In this document: positions 16,499 through 24,381 of the stretch, one piece after another
How positions within the stretch are numbered: the stretch's first letter is position 1
Layout of the letters: each line of letters opens with the position of its first letter
NCBI GenBank assembly: GCA_965223505.1
Contig: CBDCWP010000015.1
Span: 1-25,467, forward strand
Length of the DNA stretch: 25,467 nt
DNA from: Planctomycetota bacterium
Lineage (GTDB): Bacteria > Planctomycetota > PLA2 > JAEUHO01
Direction: 5' to 3'
Position numbers and translations under genes: made by a program
Notes under the pieces: model-generated
What the model was told of the DNA's origin: nothing
What the model saw: the letters and a program-made list of their open reading frames with translations, nothing else
Database searches by the model: none

Positions 16499-17496
16499 AT
16501 GGAAACGAGTCTGATTGAGAAACGAGACGAAATCACCAAGAGACTCTGGGCCGTCGAGGACGCGTCCGGCTCGGGCGAGGGACCGGACGTGGTGGAGGCA
16601 GCCAAGCAGGCCGCTGAAGAACTCGGACCGGTCGCTGCCGAGATCGGTGCTCATGCCGATCCGCTCGAAGCCGGCAAGACGTGGAAGTACCTCGGAGACG
16701 CGCTCTACGCGGCGTCCGGACGCGAGGACCAAGCGTCACTGCGGAAGGCGCGGGAAGCCTACATGACGGGCCGAGCCCCTCCTCGATGCAGCAGGAAAGT
16801 CCGAAGAGATCGCCAAGCTCAATTTCAACCTGGCGAAACACACTCGCGCTCATCGACAAGGGCCAGAACCTGACGTTGATGCAGGAGGCGAAGGAGCGCT
16901 ACGGAAAGACGCTCCTGCTCTTCAAGGAGTGCAACCACCCCGGCGTTCCGAGTGCGGAGCGTTCGCTGCAGCGAGTCGAGAGTCAACTGCAGGCGCATGG
17001 CGTGCTTGCGGACATGGAACAGGCAAACGAAGAGGGGCAACGGCTGAAGGATCGCCTGGCCGCTGCCGGCAGTCGCGAAGATGCTGCATTGGATGCCGAG
17101 GCGGCGGCGTATCTCGGGGCGCAGGACCCGGCCGCCGAATTGCGTGGCTTCAAGGCCCTCGTCGATCGGATCGGCGTGCTGCTCGGGGCCATTCAGGAGG
17201 ACTCGGAACGAGAACGCCGGATCGGCGAGCCCGACCTTGAACGCGATTTCGCCGCGAGAGACGTCGAGCTGGGAGCGCTCATCGAGAAGTTGCCCGACGA
17301 CGAGCGTGCTGAGGACCTGGATGTGGTACAGCTGAGGAAGTTCCTCGACGTCCTGACCGACAAGGAGTCTCCAGAGGGCGCCGCTCTTCGACGTGAGTTC
17401 GAGCGCGTGGCCGCCATCCGCGCGGACGACGCCGAAGGGGCCAAGGCGCGAGCCAAACGCCTGCGTAAGTTGATCGCAAGTCACAGTGCTCGATGA
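16499..17496 (+). pseudogene. TPR-like helical protein (about 331 aa) interrupted by two +1 frameshifts (pseudogene or sequencing error)
   Basis: Joining three frames by deleting one base near 16768 (GGG) and one near 16836 (AAA) gives ...EAGKTWKYLGDALY...LRKAREAYMTAEPLLDAAGKSEEIAKLNFNLANTLALIDKGQNLTLMQEAKERYGKTLLLF, a continuous TPR-like pattern followed by a helical region. Confidence 0.7.
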
Positions 17497-18698
17497 AGAA
17501 GGAGCAGGTCGAGCAATGCCAGAAACGACTGCGATCGGTGCTGACGGAAGATCTCGCCAGCGGCACGGCGCCAGGCGAAGAGAACCATCGTCTCTTCGAG
17601 CTCGTTAGCAGATCGAGGGAGCTAGAGCAGGAGCTGGACGACCTGCGCGACCAAGCGGCGCTCTTGCACTTCGAGAAGGGGCGTCTTCGTCCGCTGGCGG
17701 CCGACGTGCGGCGTTGGTCCCTGCGGAAGCACCCAATGATCATCGAACCGTTGTGGGGTTCGACCGACTTGGAGCCCGATCCCAATGCCGTCATCTTCGT
17801 CGGGTCCGAAGACATGCGCGAGAGAGTTGCCCGACTGTGCGATGAGCGGGGACTCGAGCTGAACGATGCCGGCGTCGGCCTTGGAGCCGGCGAGACGCGT
17901 TGGCAGCAGCTTCGTCGGGCGTCGGTTGCCGTGTTCGAGTACGTGACGGGCAAGAAAGAGCGCGCTGCGGTCTGCCACGCCTTCGGCGCGGCTCTGGTTC
18001 TCGGCCTCGTGCCCACCATGCTCGTCGTGAAGGGCGAGCGGCTGCCCTTCGACTTCGACTTGGCGCCCGTCGAGCTGGACGGCGAGACCGACGAGGCGAG
18101 GCTCGCGAAGCTCCTTGACCGCGCGCCCTACGACGTATTCCGGCCGCTGGGTGAAGACTCGGTGGCGGCGACTCTGTCCCGAGCGGGGCTCGATCCATGC
18201 AATGACCCGATTCAGGCAGGGATGTTGCTCGAAGCGTGGGTCACAGGACGCTGCGCGATCGCCTACCCGGTGTCGCCGGCGGCCTATCCCGAATCGGACG
18301 ACCCCCGTTGCTTTCACGTCATGCCGTTCGACGAGGCCTTCGACGCCGCGCGCGACGCCGTTCGCAAAGGATGTGAACCGCTGGTGCGCTACGTGCGAGG
18401 GGACGAGTCGAAGTCTGCCATGATCACTCGAGCAATCTGGGACGACATCTGCCGAGCGACTTGCATCGTAGTGGACCTGACCGACCTCAACCCAAACGTT
18501 TGTCTCGAGCTCGGCATGGCACAGGCTTTGGGGAAATCCGTGCTGCCAGTCATGAAGGCAGGGCAGGACAGCGAAGACGAGGATGCCGCACCCGCCCTCT
18601 TTCCCGAGATTGCAAAGGTGCGCTTGACGACGTACCACGCAGCGTCTCAGCTGACCGGGATCTTTCGTGCGTTCTATCGAGATCAAGTGCGTGATTGA
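17493..18698 (+). CDS. Protein with a C-terminal nucleoside 2-deoxyribosyltransferase/TIR-like domain preceded by a degenerate copy of the same fold
   Basis: CFHVMPFD...ITRAIWDDICRATCIVVDLTDLNPNVCLELGMAQALGKSV is the NDT/TIR-like signature. Upstream copy: RWQQLRRASVAVFEY...AAVCHAFGAALVLG...LPFD. ATGA overlap with the preceding gene. Confidence 0.78.
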   Translation: MKKEQVEQCQKRLRSVLTEDLASGTAPGEENHRLFELVSRSRELEQELDDLRDQAALLHFEKGRLRPLAADVRRWSLRKHPMIIEPLWGSTDLEPDPNAVIFVGSEDMRERVARLCDERGLELNDAGVGLGAGETRWQQLRRASVAVFEYVTGKKERAAVCHAFGAALVLGLVPTMLVVKGERLPFDFDLAPVELDGETDEARLAKLLDRAPYDVFRPLGEDSVAATLSRAGLDPCNDPIQAGMLLEAWVTGRCAIAYPVSPAAYPESDDPRCFHVMPFDEAFDAARDAVRKGCEPLVRYVRGDESKSAMITRAIWDDICRATCIVVDLTDLNPNVCLELGMAQALGKSVLPVMKAGQDSEDEDAAPALFPEIAKVRLTTYHAASQLTGIFRAFYRDQVRD

Positions 18699-18834
18699 GT
18701 CTTCGGTTGTGCCGGTACGCCGCGACCACGTGTGATTCACGTAGATTCGCACTGTGCGAAGAGGTGCCCCTCCAAGACAAGTCGATGAGACGTACCCTCG
18801 CTACATGGCCTCTGCGTGACGGTCGCCGTGAGCG

Positions 18835-19257
18835 TCAGATCGCGAAGCCCAGGACGTTTTGCAGGAGCATCCAGAGGCCGATGCCGACCGCCGCGAGCCC
18901 CAGCGTCGCCTGGAACGGTCGGATGCGCGCCACCAACGCGTCGAGCTTCGAGCCCGCCGCGCCGAGCTGCTTCATCAACCCGAGTCCGAAGATGGCGCCG
19001 AGGCCGATCAGCAACAGCGCGCCGGCCATCGCCGTCAAGGCCATGACGGGAGCGAACCCCAGCAGGTCGATCCAGCCGTGAAGCAGCATGCGAACGAGGT
19101 AGATCGCGCCCAGCACCAAGCCGACCACGCCGATCCAGCCTTGATGGGGGGCCAGCTTGTTCGCCAGCTCGGTAGCGGACGGCTTGCGGGCGGCGATGAT
19201 CTGTATCGCGCCCAGGAAACCCAGGGTCAAGAGGAGGGCAACGGCTACGTAGGTCAT
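18835..19257 (-). CDS. Hypothetical integral membrane protein (4 TM), 140 aa
   Basis: GGAG RBS; four hydrophobic segments; two internally similar halves (LANKLAPHQGWIGVVGLVLG and LVARIRPFQATLGLAAVGIG). Confidence 0.78.
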   Translation of the reverse strand: MTYVAVALLLTLGFLGAIQIIAARKPSATELANKLAPHQGWIGVVGLVLGAIYLVRMLLHGWIDLLGFAPVMALTAMAGALLLIGLGAIFGLGLMKQLGAAGSKLDALVARIRPFQATLGLAAVGIGLWMLLQNVLGFAI

Positions 19258-19370
19258 TTGGGACTCCGTGCGGGTGCGGCGTGCGCCCGTTTACCCGGAG
19301 AGACGGCTCACCACCGGGAAGTTGTCAGCGCAAATCGGACGAGCGGAGCCGATTGACTCGAGGTGCACCC

Positions 19371-20000
19371 TTACCCGGCCTCGGTCCCCATGCGCTGATC
19401 GAGAAGCTGCTCGGCGACCGGCCGCATCAGGCGAATGGCGTCGTCCTTGGCCGTCAGCAGGCGGTACGTGACGGCGCCTTCGAGCAACGTGATCCACTGG
19501 CGCGCGAAGCTCTCCGGCTCGACGACGCCGGCCGCTTTCGCCATGGCGAGCACATCCGCCTCCGCCTTGAGGTAGTGACCGGCCGCCGCCCGATGGATCG
19601 GGTGCTTCGGCGACGGGAACTCCGCGCACGTCGTGAGGAACAGGCAGCCCCGATAGGCGGGATCGTTGAACCAACGGTCCAGCACGTCGAACATCGCGAG
19701 CAGCATCTTCGCCGGGTCGTAGGCGCCCGCTTCGATGACTTGCTTCTTGAACGACGCGATCTCCCAGTCGTCGCGTAGCTTCACGGTCTCGAGGACCAGA
19801 TCATCCTTGCTTCGGAAGTGCTTGTAGAAGGTCGTCTTGGTGACACCGACATCCGCGATGATGCGGTCGATGCCGACCGCGTGAATGCCGTGTTCGTAGA
19901 ATTGGTTCAACGCCGCGTACAAGATCCGCTCGCGGGTGTTCTTGGGGCCGCTGCCGTCTCCGAAGAGCTCCCAGGCTGTCGGTTCTTCTACTTGGGACAT
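19371..20000 (-). CDS. TetR/AcrR family transcriptional regulator
   Basis: TRERILYAALNQFYEHGIHAVGIDRIIADVGVTKTTFYKHFRSKDDLV HTH; YRGCLFLTTCAEFP in the C-terminal domain; start MSQVEE at 20000 with GGGGA upstream. Confidence 0.93.
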   Translation of the reverse strand: MSQVEEPTAWELFGDGSGPKNTRERILYAALNQFYEHGIHAVGIDRIIADVGVTKTTFYKHFRSKDDLVLETVKLRDDWEIASFKKQVIEAGAYDPAKMLLAMFDVLDRWFNDPAYRGCLFLTTCAEFPSPKHPIHRAAAGHYLKAEADVLAMAKAAGVVEPESFARQWITLLEGAVTYRLLTAKDDAIRLMRPVAEQLLDQRMGTEAG

Positions 20001-20179
20001 CGCGTATTCCCCGAAGCGTGCGGGAGAGGATAGCTGCTGCCGGTCCGACCGTCGCGGAAAGCCCGCGGGCGGCGCATGCACCCGCTCGTGCGTCCGCGTC
20101 GATCAGGTTGCGCGTGGTCCTTCCGACAAGTAGTCTTCGTCTCTTCGCACCGGCGAGCGGGATGAGCGACGAGACCCGC

Positions 20180-20207
20180 GTCAAATTTCCATGGGCCGCG
20201 GCGTATG
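20180..20207 (+). promoter_or_regulatory. Putative autoregulatory ECF promoter GTCAAA-N16-CGTATG
   Basis: GTCAAA 20180-20185, 16-nt spacer, CGTATG 20202-20207, 7 nt before the sigma ATG. Single copy only. Confidence 0.45.
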
Positions 20208-20214
20208 GAGGTTG

Positions 20215-20775
20215 ATGGACGAGGCGCCCCCGACACCCGACGCGACACTCGTCTTGGACTGTCTCCAGGGAGACACCACCGCCTGGGAGGCGCTCTACGC
20301 GCGTCACCACGCCGCGATCTACAACTTCCTCGCTCAGCGCTTGCGCGGCAACGCGGCGCTCTGCGACGACCTCTTCCAGGAGACGATGCTGAAGATCGTC
20401 TCGCGTCTCGCGCAGTTCGACCCCGCGCGGGGCTCGTTTCACGGGTGGGCATACGGCATCGCGATCAACCAACTCCGTGACCACGGCCGCAGGCTGCGCC
20501 GGGAGGAAACCAAGTTGTTGGGGCTGCGCGCGATGGGTCCGCCGGAGGCGACGGTTCGGCCTAGCGGCACCGAGAGCAGGGAGACCGTCGCGCTGGTGTG
20601 CTCGCTGCTCTCGCCGCGGCACCAGCAGGTGCTCGAGCTCAAGTACGCGCGCGGCTGCTCGATGACGGAGATCGCCGAGCGGCTGGGTACGGGCGCGCAG
20701 GCCGTCGGCTCGTTGCTGCATCGAGCGCGCGCGGCCTTTCGCCTGGCGTATGCGCGCGTCACGGAGACGGAGTGA
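20215..20775 (+). CDS. ECF RNA polymerase sigma-70 factor
   Basis: GDTTAWEALYARH...DDLFQETMLKI...FDPARGSFHGWAYGIAINQLRDH; region 4 SMTEIAERLGTGAQAVGSLLHRARAAF. Confidence 0.93.
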   Translation: MDEAPPTPDATLVLDCLQGDTTAWEALYARHHAAIYNFLAQRLRGNAALCDDLFQETMLKIVSRLAQFDPARGSFHGWAYGIAINQLRDHGRRLRREETKLLGLRAMGPPEATVRPSGTESRETVALVCSLLSPRHQQVLELKYARGCSMTEIAERLGTGAQAVGSLLHRARAAFRLAYARVTETE

Positions 20776-20778
20776 TCC

Positions 20779-22176
20779 ATGGCTGACGAATGGGAAGACA
20801 TGATGACGAAGATCGAGACCGCGACTCCGAGCGAGGAAACGTCCCGGCGGGTGCTGGAGCGGACGCGCGTCGTCGTCGCGAACGGATCCAGGGGACGCCG
20901 TCGCACGCCCGCGCTCGCATTGGTCATCGGTGCGGCCGCGGCGGCGGCCGCGGTGTGGTTCGTCACCGTCCTCGCCCACGAAGACCAGCGCACCCCAACG
21001 CCCGAACCTGTTTCCCGGACGACCGCTCTGGCCGCGATGCAGCCGCCCGCGTTCACCCGAGAGACGGGCGCGACGTCGTACTTCGTGCCGCCGACGCACA
21101 AGGATCCGGGGCCGACGGCGAGCCGCTATGTCGTTCACGAGTGGGGGGTGATCGGGCTCGACGTGGTGGGGGCGGACGAGATCCGCGCTGCGCTGAAGGC
21201 CGACCTGCCGGACTTCATCCGGCGCGTTGCGCCGGAGACGGGCGCACGGTTCTTCATCCCGCCGACGCACAAGCCGGTTCTGTACTTCTATCCGGACGCG
21301 CACGAACGCTTCTACCCCGACGTCAAGGTGTCGATACCGGGCGGCAAGATCCTCTACTTTTGGCCGCCGACGAGCGCGTCCGAGACGGAGCTCTTCTACC
21401 GGCACAACGTCTTCTGGAACCGCGGCATCGATCCTGCGAACGCGCGGCCAGTGCCCGACGGGCACTGGATCGAAAAGGCCCGCGACACCGACGCGGCCTG
21501 GCTACAGGTCACCGTCATCGAGAAGGGCAAGAAGCCGCTCGTCAGCGAGACCGAGCGTTTCATCTTCTACGACGGGCAGGTGCCGTACGTCGGTCCGTTG
21601 CTGATGGAGTCCACGAACGGCCGACTCGCCGTCCGGCACGTCGGAAAGGAGCCGTTGGCGGACGTGATGCTGATCGAGACCGCGGGCGGAGAAACCCGCA
21701 TCGATCACGTCGCGCTCCTCGGCGGCGGCGAGCGGCGAGAGCTGGCGCCAAGACCCGTCGAGGACGCCGAGGCGCTGCTCGTCGAGCGTTTGACCGCGGC
21801 CGGGCTGTTCGAGAAGGAAGCGAGAGGGATGGCGTCGATCTGGCGGGAGGACTTCTTCGAGCGCGACGGTCGCTGGCTGCTCTGGCGCCTGGATTCGGCG
21901 ACCATCGACGCGTTGATGCCGTTGTATCTGAAGCCGGCGCCGGTCGATACGAAGCGCGTTCATCTCGTCTTCTCGCCGGTGCTTCCGGACATCTCCTCGA
22001 AGGTGGCGCTGCTCGTCGACGAGCTCGATGGAGACGAGTTCGAGGCGGCGCTGCGAGCGCTGCGCTCGATGGGCACCCCGGTCTGCGCGCACCTCGTCGC
22101 GTTCGAGGCGCACGAGAACGCGACGATTCGAGGGCGCGTCATCGCGCTACTGGACGAGATCGGCCGCCCGCGCTAG
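20779..22176 (+). CDS. Single-pass membrane protein, probable anti-sigma factor, with a large extracytoplasmic VHEWG/KPVLYFY-motif domain
   Basis: Starts 3 nt after the sigma stop; TM segment LALVIGAAAAAAAVWFVTVLA; motif blocks VVHEWG, KPVLYFYP, ETERFIFYDG, AGLFEKEARGMASIWREDFF; short helical C-terminus. Confidence 0.72.
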   Translation: MADEWEDMMTKIETATPSEETSRRVLERTRVVVANGSRGRRRTPALALVIGAAAAAAAVWFVTVLAHEDQRTPTPEPVSRTTALAAMQPPAFTRETGATSYFVPPTHKDPGPTASRYVVHEWGVIGLDVVGADEIRAALKADLPDFIRRVAPETGARFFIPPTHKPVLYFYPDAHERFYPDVKVSIPGGKILYFWPPTSASETELFYRHNVFWNRGIDPANARPVPDGHWIEKARDTDAAWLQVTVIEKGKKPLVSETERFIFYDGQVPYVGPLLMESTNGRLAVRHVGKEPLADVMLIETAGGETRIDHVALLGGGERRELAPRPVEDAEALLVERLTAAGLFEKEARGMASIWREDFFERDGRWLLWRLDSATIDALMPLYLKPAPVDTKRVHLVFSPVLPDISSKVALLVDELDGDEFEAALRALRSMGTPVCAHLVAFEAHENATIRGRVIALLDEIGRPR

Positions 22177-22313
22177 TGCCGGCGTGCGCAGGGGACTACC
22201 TGCCCGGGACGGCTGACCTTGTATATGCAACAGAACCCGGCGTCACATACAGACGCGGCTATTGAGGGGGCGTGGCATTCGGCTTCGGAATCAGCAAACC
22301 GAGGAGCATGCTC

Positions 22314-22799
22314 ATGAGCCCTTTTCGCAACCGCCGCACGATCGTCTTCGCTGCCGCACTTCTCCTGACCGTCGGCGCCTTCGCGACGAACTACGCCCAG
22401 GCGGACAAGCCGCCGCTGGCGACGGGGGCAGCGAACCTCCACCAGACCCCGACCTCGGGCGTCCTGGCGAAGATCAGGTTCGTCGACACGGGAACGACGC
22501 TGCAGGTGCGCGGGCGCGCGACCGGCCTCGACCCGAACATCCCGTACTTCTCGCTCGTCTACGACGCGGCGGCCAAGCCGTCGGGCCCGCGTGCTTGCGT
22601 GCCAAGCGGCCCCGGCATGCTGACCGGCGCCCAGATGTTCGTCGGCGGCTGGACCGTGGACGCGAACGGCAACGGCACGCTGAGCGTGGACAAGGCCGGT
22701 CCGTCGTACGTCCCGCTCGCCGCCGTCGGCGCCATGTCGATTCGCGTGTTCGGCGCGGGCACGCTGCAGGCGTGCGGAGAGGTGCACGGCCGTCCGTAG
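22314..22799 (+). CDS. Exported protein with a probable Cu/Zn superoxide dismutase-like fold lacking the His ligands
   Basis: GAGGAG RBS; signal peptide ending AQA; SGVLAKIRF..TGTTLQVRGRATGLDP...C...VGGWTVDANGNGTL...MSIRV...LQACGEV parallels the SodC strand order and its disulfide Cys pair. Confidence 0.68.
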   Translation: MSPFRNRRTIVFAAALLLTVGAFATNYAQADKPPLATGAANLHQTPTSGVLAKIRFVDTGTTLQVRGRATGLDPNIPYFSLVYDAAAKPSGPRACVPSGPGMLTGAQMFVGGWTVDANGNGTLSVDKAGPSYVPLAAVGAMSIRVFGAGTLQACGEVHGRP

Positions 22800-22809
22800 A
22801 CCGACAACG

Positions 22810-22845
22810 GCGGAGGCCCGTGCGCTTCACGGGCCTCCGCTCGTT
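22810..22845 (+). terminator. Intrinsic terminator-like hairpin
   Basis: GCGGAGGCCCGTG-CGCTT-CACGGGCCTCCGC, a 13-bp stem 10 nt after the stop, followed by TCGTT. Confidence 0.72.
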
Positions 22846-22898
22846 CCGGCGACGCGGGTGTGTTGGCAAGGGCCGCCGTGTCCGTACCATGCAACGTC

Positions 22899-23564
22899 AT
22901 GCCGGGTGCGACGGAGAGTGACACGGGCGCTGCGATCTACACGCGCTCCTTTCTCTGGGTCTACGACCCCATCGTGCACGGCTTCAATCTGCCGGTGCTC
23001 TGGCGCTGCCGCGCCTCGCACGTTCAGCGCATGTACGACGATCTCGCGAGCCCGAATCACCTCGACATCGGTGTGGGCACCGGCTACTTCCTCGATCGCT
23101 GTCGATTTCGCCCGAAGCGGCTGATGCTGATGGACCTCAATGCCAACAGTCTCGCTCACACGGCGCGTCGAATCGCCCGCCACCGGCCCGAGCTGCTCGC
23201 GGCCGACGCGCTTCGGCCGCTGCGTCCTCGCCCGGAGCCGTTCGACTCCGTCGGCCTGGCCAACCTCCTGCACTGCATGCCGGGGCCGATGGATCGCAAG
23301 GCGGTCTTGTTCGACCACGTGGCCGAGGTCATGCGGCCCGGCGCCGTCCTGTTCGGGAGCACGCTGGTGGGGCGCGGCGTCCGCGGCAGCTGGCCGGCGC
23401 GATTCGTGATGCGAAAACTCAATCAGAAGGGCGTATTCTCGAACACGCACGACGACGAACCTTCACTGCGGAGCGCCCTCGAACGACGATTCGACGACGT
23501 CCAAATCGACGTGATCGGCATGATGGCGCTGTTCACCGCGCGACATACGGTCCGCCGGGACTAG
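22899..23564 (+). CDS. Class I SAM-dependent methyltransferase
   Basis: NHLDIGVGTGYFLD, LMLMDLNANSL, PFDSVGLANLLHCMPG, RPGAVLFGSTLVG. Preceded by TTGGCA-N16-TACCAT, 8 nt before the ATG. Confidence 0.9.
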   Translation: MPGATESDTGAAIYTRSFLWVYDPIVHGFNLPVLWRCRASHVQRMYDDLASPNHLDIGVGTGYFLDRCRFRPKRLMLMDLNANSLAHTARRIARHRPELLAADALRPLRPRPEPFDSVGLANLLHCMPGPMDRKAVLFDHVAEVMRPGAVLFGSTLVGRGVRGSWPARFVMRKLNQKGVFSNTHDDEPSLRSALERRFDDVQIDVIGMMALFTARHTVRRD

Positions 23565-23628
23565 GCGCTGTTTTGAAACGGCCGCTGCTGCGCCCGACGA
23601 TCCTCTTGCTGCGCCCGGCCCGAACTCG

Positions 23629-23651
23629 GAACCCCGTCCTCGACGGGGTTC
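23629..23651. terminator. Hairpin between convergent genes (possible bidirectional terminator)
   Basis: GAACCCCGTC-CTC-GACGGGGTTC, 10-bp stem. Confidence 0.55.
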
Positions 23652-23665
23652 GCGACGCGGCACGC

Positions 23666-24235
23666 CTAGCGTCGTACGAACTCGCTCAGGATCGCCACGT
23701 ACGGGTCGCGCCAGGTGACCGCCGAGATCAGCTCGACCGGGACGATCGAGAGCTCGTCCCACCACTCTCCCGCCGCGTCGACACATCGAACGTGCGCGTC
23801 CTGGTCACCGTCGCTCGAGACGACATCCGTGACCAGGCCGACGAAGTACGTCTCGTAGAGATCGTCCTCTTCCTCGTACTCGCACTCGATCGTGACGAAC
23901 TCCTCTCGTTGCCCGAACTCAGCCAACAACGCCGCCATGTCGCAAATCGTCGGCAACGCCGGCAACGCGACGTCCCACGTGCCCCGCTCGCGCAGGATGT
24001 GCTCTCGGAACTCTTCGGTCCGACCTCTGGCGCACCCGATGAGATCGTCGCGCCGAAGGAAGACGAGTCCCTCGCTTCGGTGGCTCTCGAACTGGTGGAG
24101 CGAGACGATGTCGTCCGAGAAGGAGAGGAGCCGGCCCTGCGTAGTGAGCTCGTCTCCGGATCGGTCGGCATGACGGGTCCACTTCCAGAGCTGCTCGCGC
24201 AGGCGGACGTCTTCGAGTTCGGTGTTGGAGATCAC
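23666..24235 (-). CDS. Acidic hypothetical protein, probably two tandem small beta-barrel (Sm/SH3-like) domains
   Basis: Two similar halves: GRLLSFSDDIVSLHQF..HRSEGLVFLRRDDL and FVGLVTDV...AHVRCVDAAGEWWDELSIVPVELI. GTG start; protein-like composition, unlike the overlapping frames. Confidence 0.68.
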   Translation of the reverse strand: MISNTELEDVRLREQLWKWTRHADRSGDELTTQGRLLSFSDDIVSLHQFESHRSEGLVFLRRDDLIGCARGRTEEFREHILRERGTWDVALPALPTICDMAALLAEFGQREEFVTIECEYEEEDDLYETYFVGLVTDVVSSDGDQDAHVRCVDAAGEWWDELSIVPVELISAVTWRDPYVAILSEFVRR

Positions 24236-24381
24236 GGCGGACGAAAGCGTACGCGCAGGTACCGAGTCTCGCGCACCGGCAATTCTCGGCGCCGACCACG
24301 ACTACTCCGTTGGACGACCCCCCGCTCGCGTCGCCGGAGCCGGGACGGATCGCGGGAAACGGGGTGTCGCGAGAGGACCCC

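Larger units (their letters stand above)
15700..18800. other. Lower-GC accessory island carrying three co-oriented + strand genes
   Basis: Hand counts: 31/60 GC at 15841-15900 and 35/60 at 18481-18540, versus 44/60 at 13681-13740. More A/T-ending codons. No integrase or att repeats seen; boundaries are approximate. Confidence 0.55.

Noticed and set aside
1341..18744. Identical 12-mer TGATTCACGTAG at 1341-1352 and 18733-18744, both intergenic
   Set aside because: A single 12-nt match in 25 kb can arise by chance, and it does not bracket the island as an att pair would. Worth revisiting only if the ncRNA is confirmed.
15700..18830. Island as a prophage, IS or integrative element
   Set aside because: No integrase, transposase, terminal repeats or target duplication found; only the compositional shift supports foreign origin.
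20041..20051. Palindrome CGGTC-C-GACCG upstream of tetR as an operator
   Set aside because: Only 5-bp GC-rich arms and no second copy, which is too weak to call.
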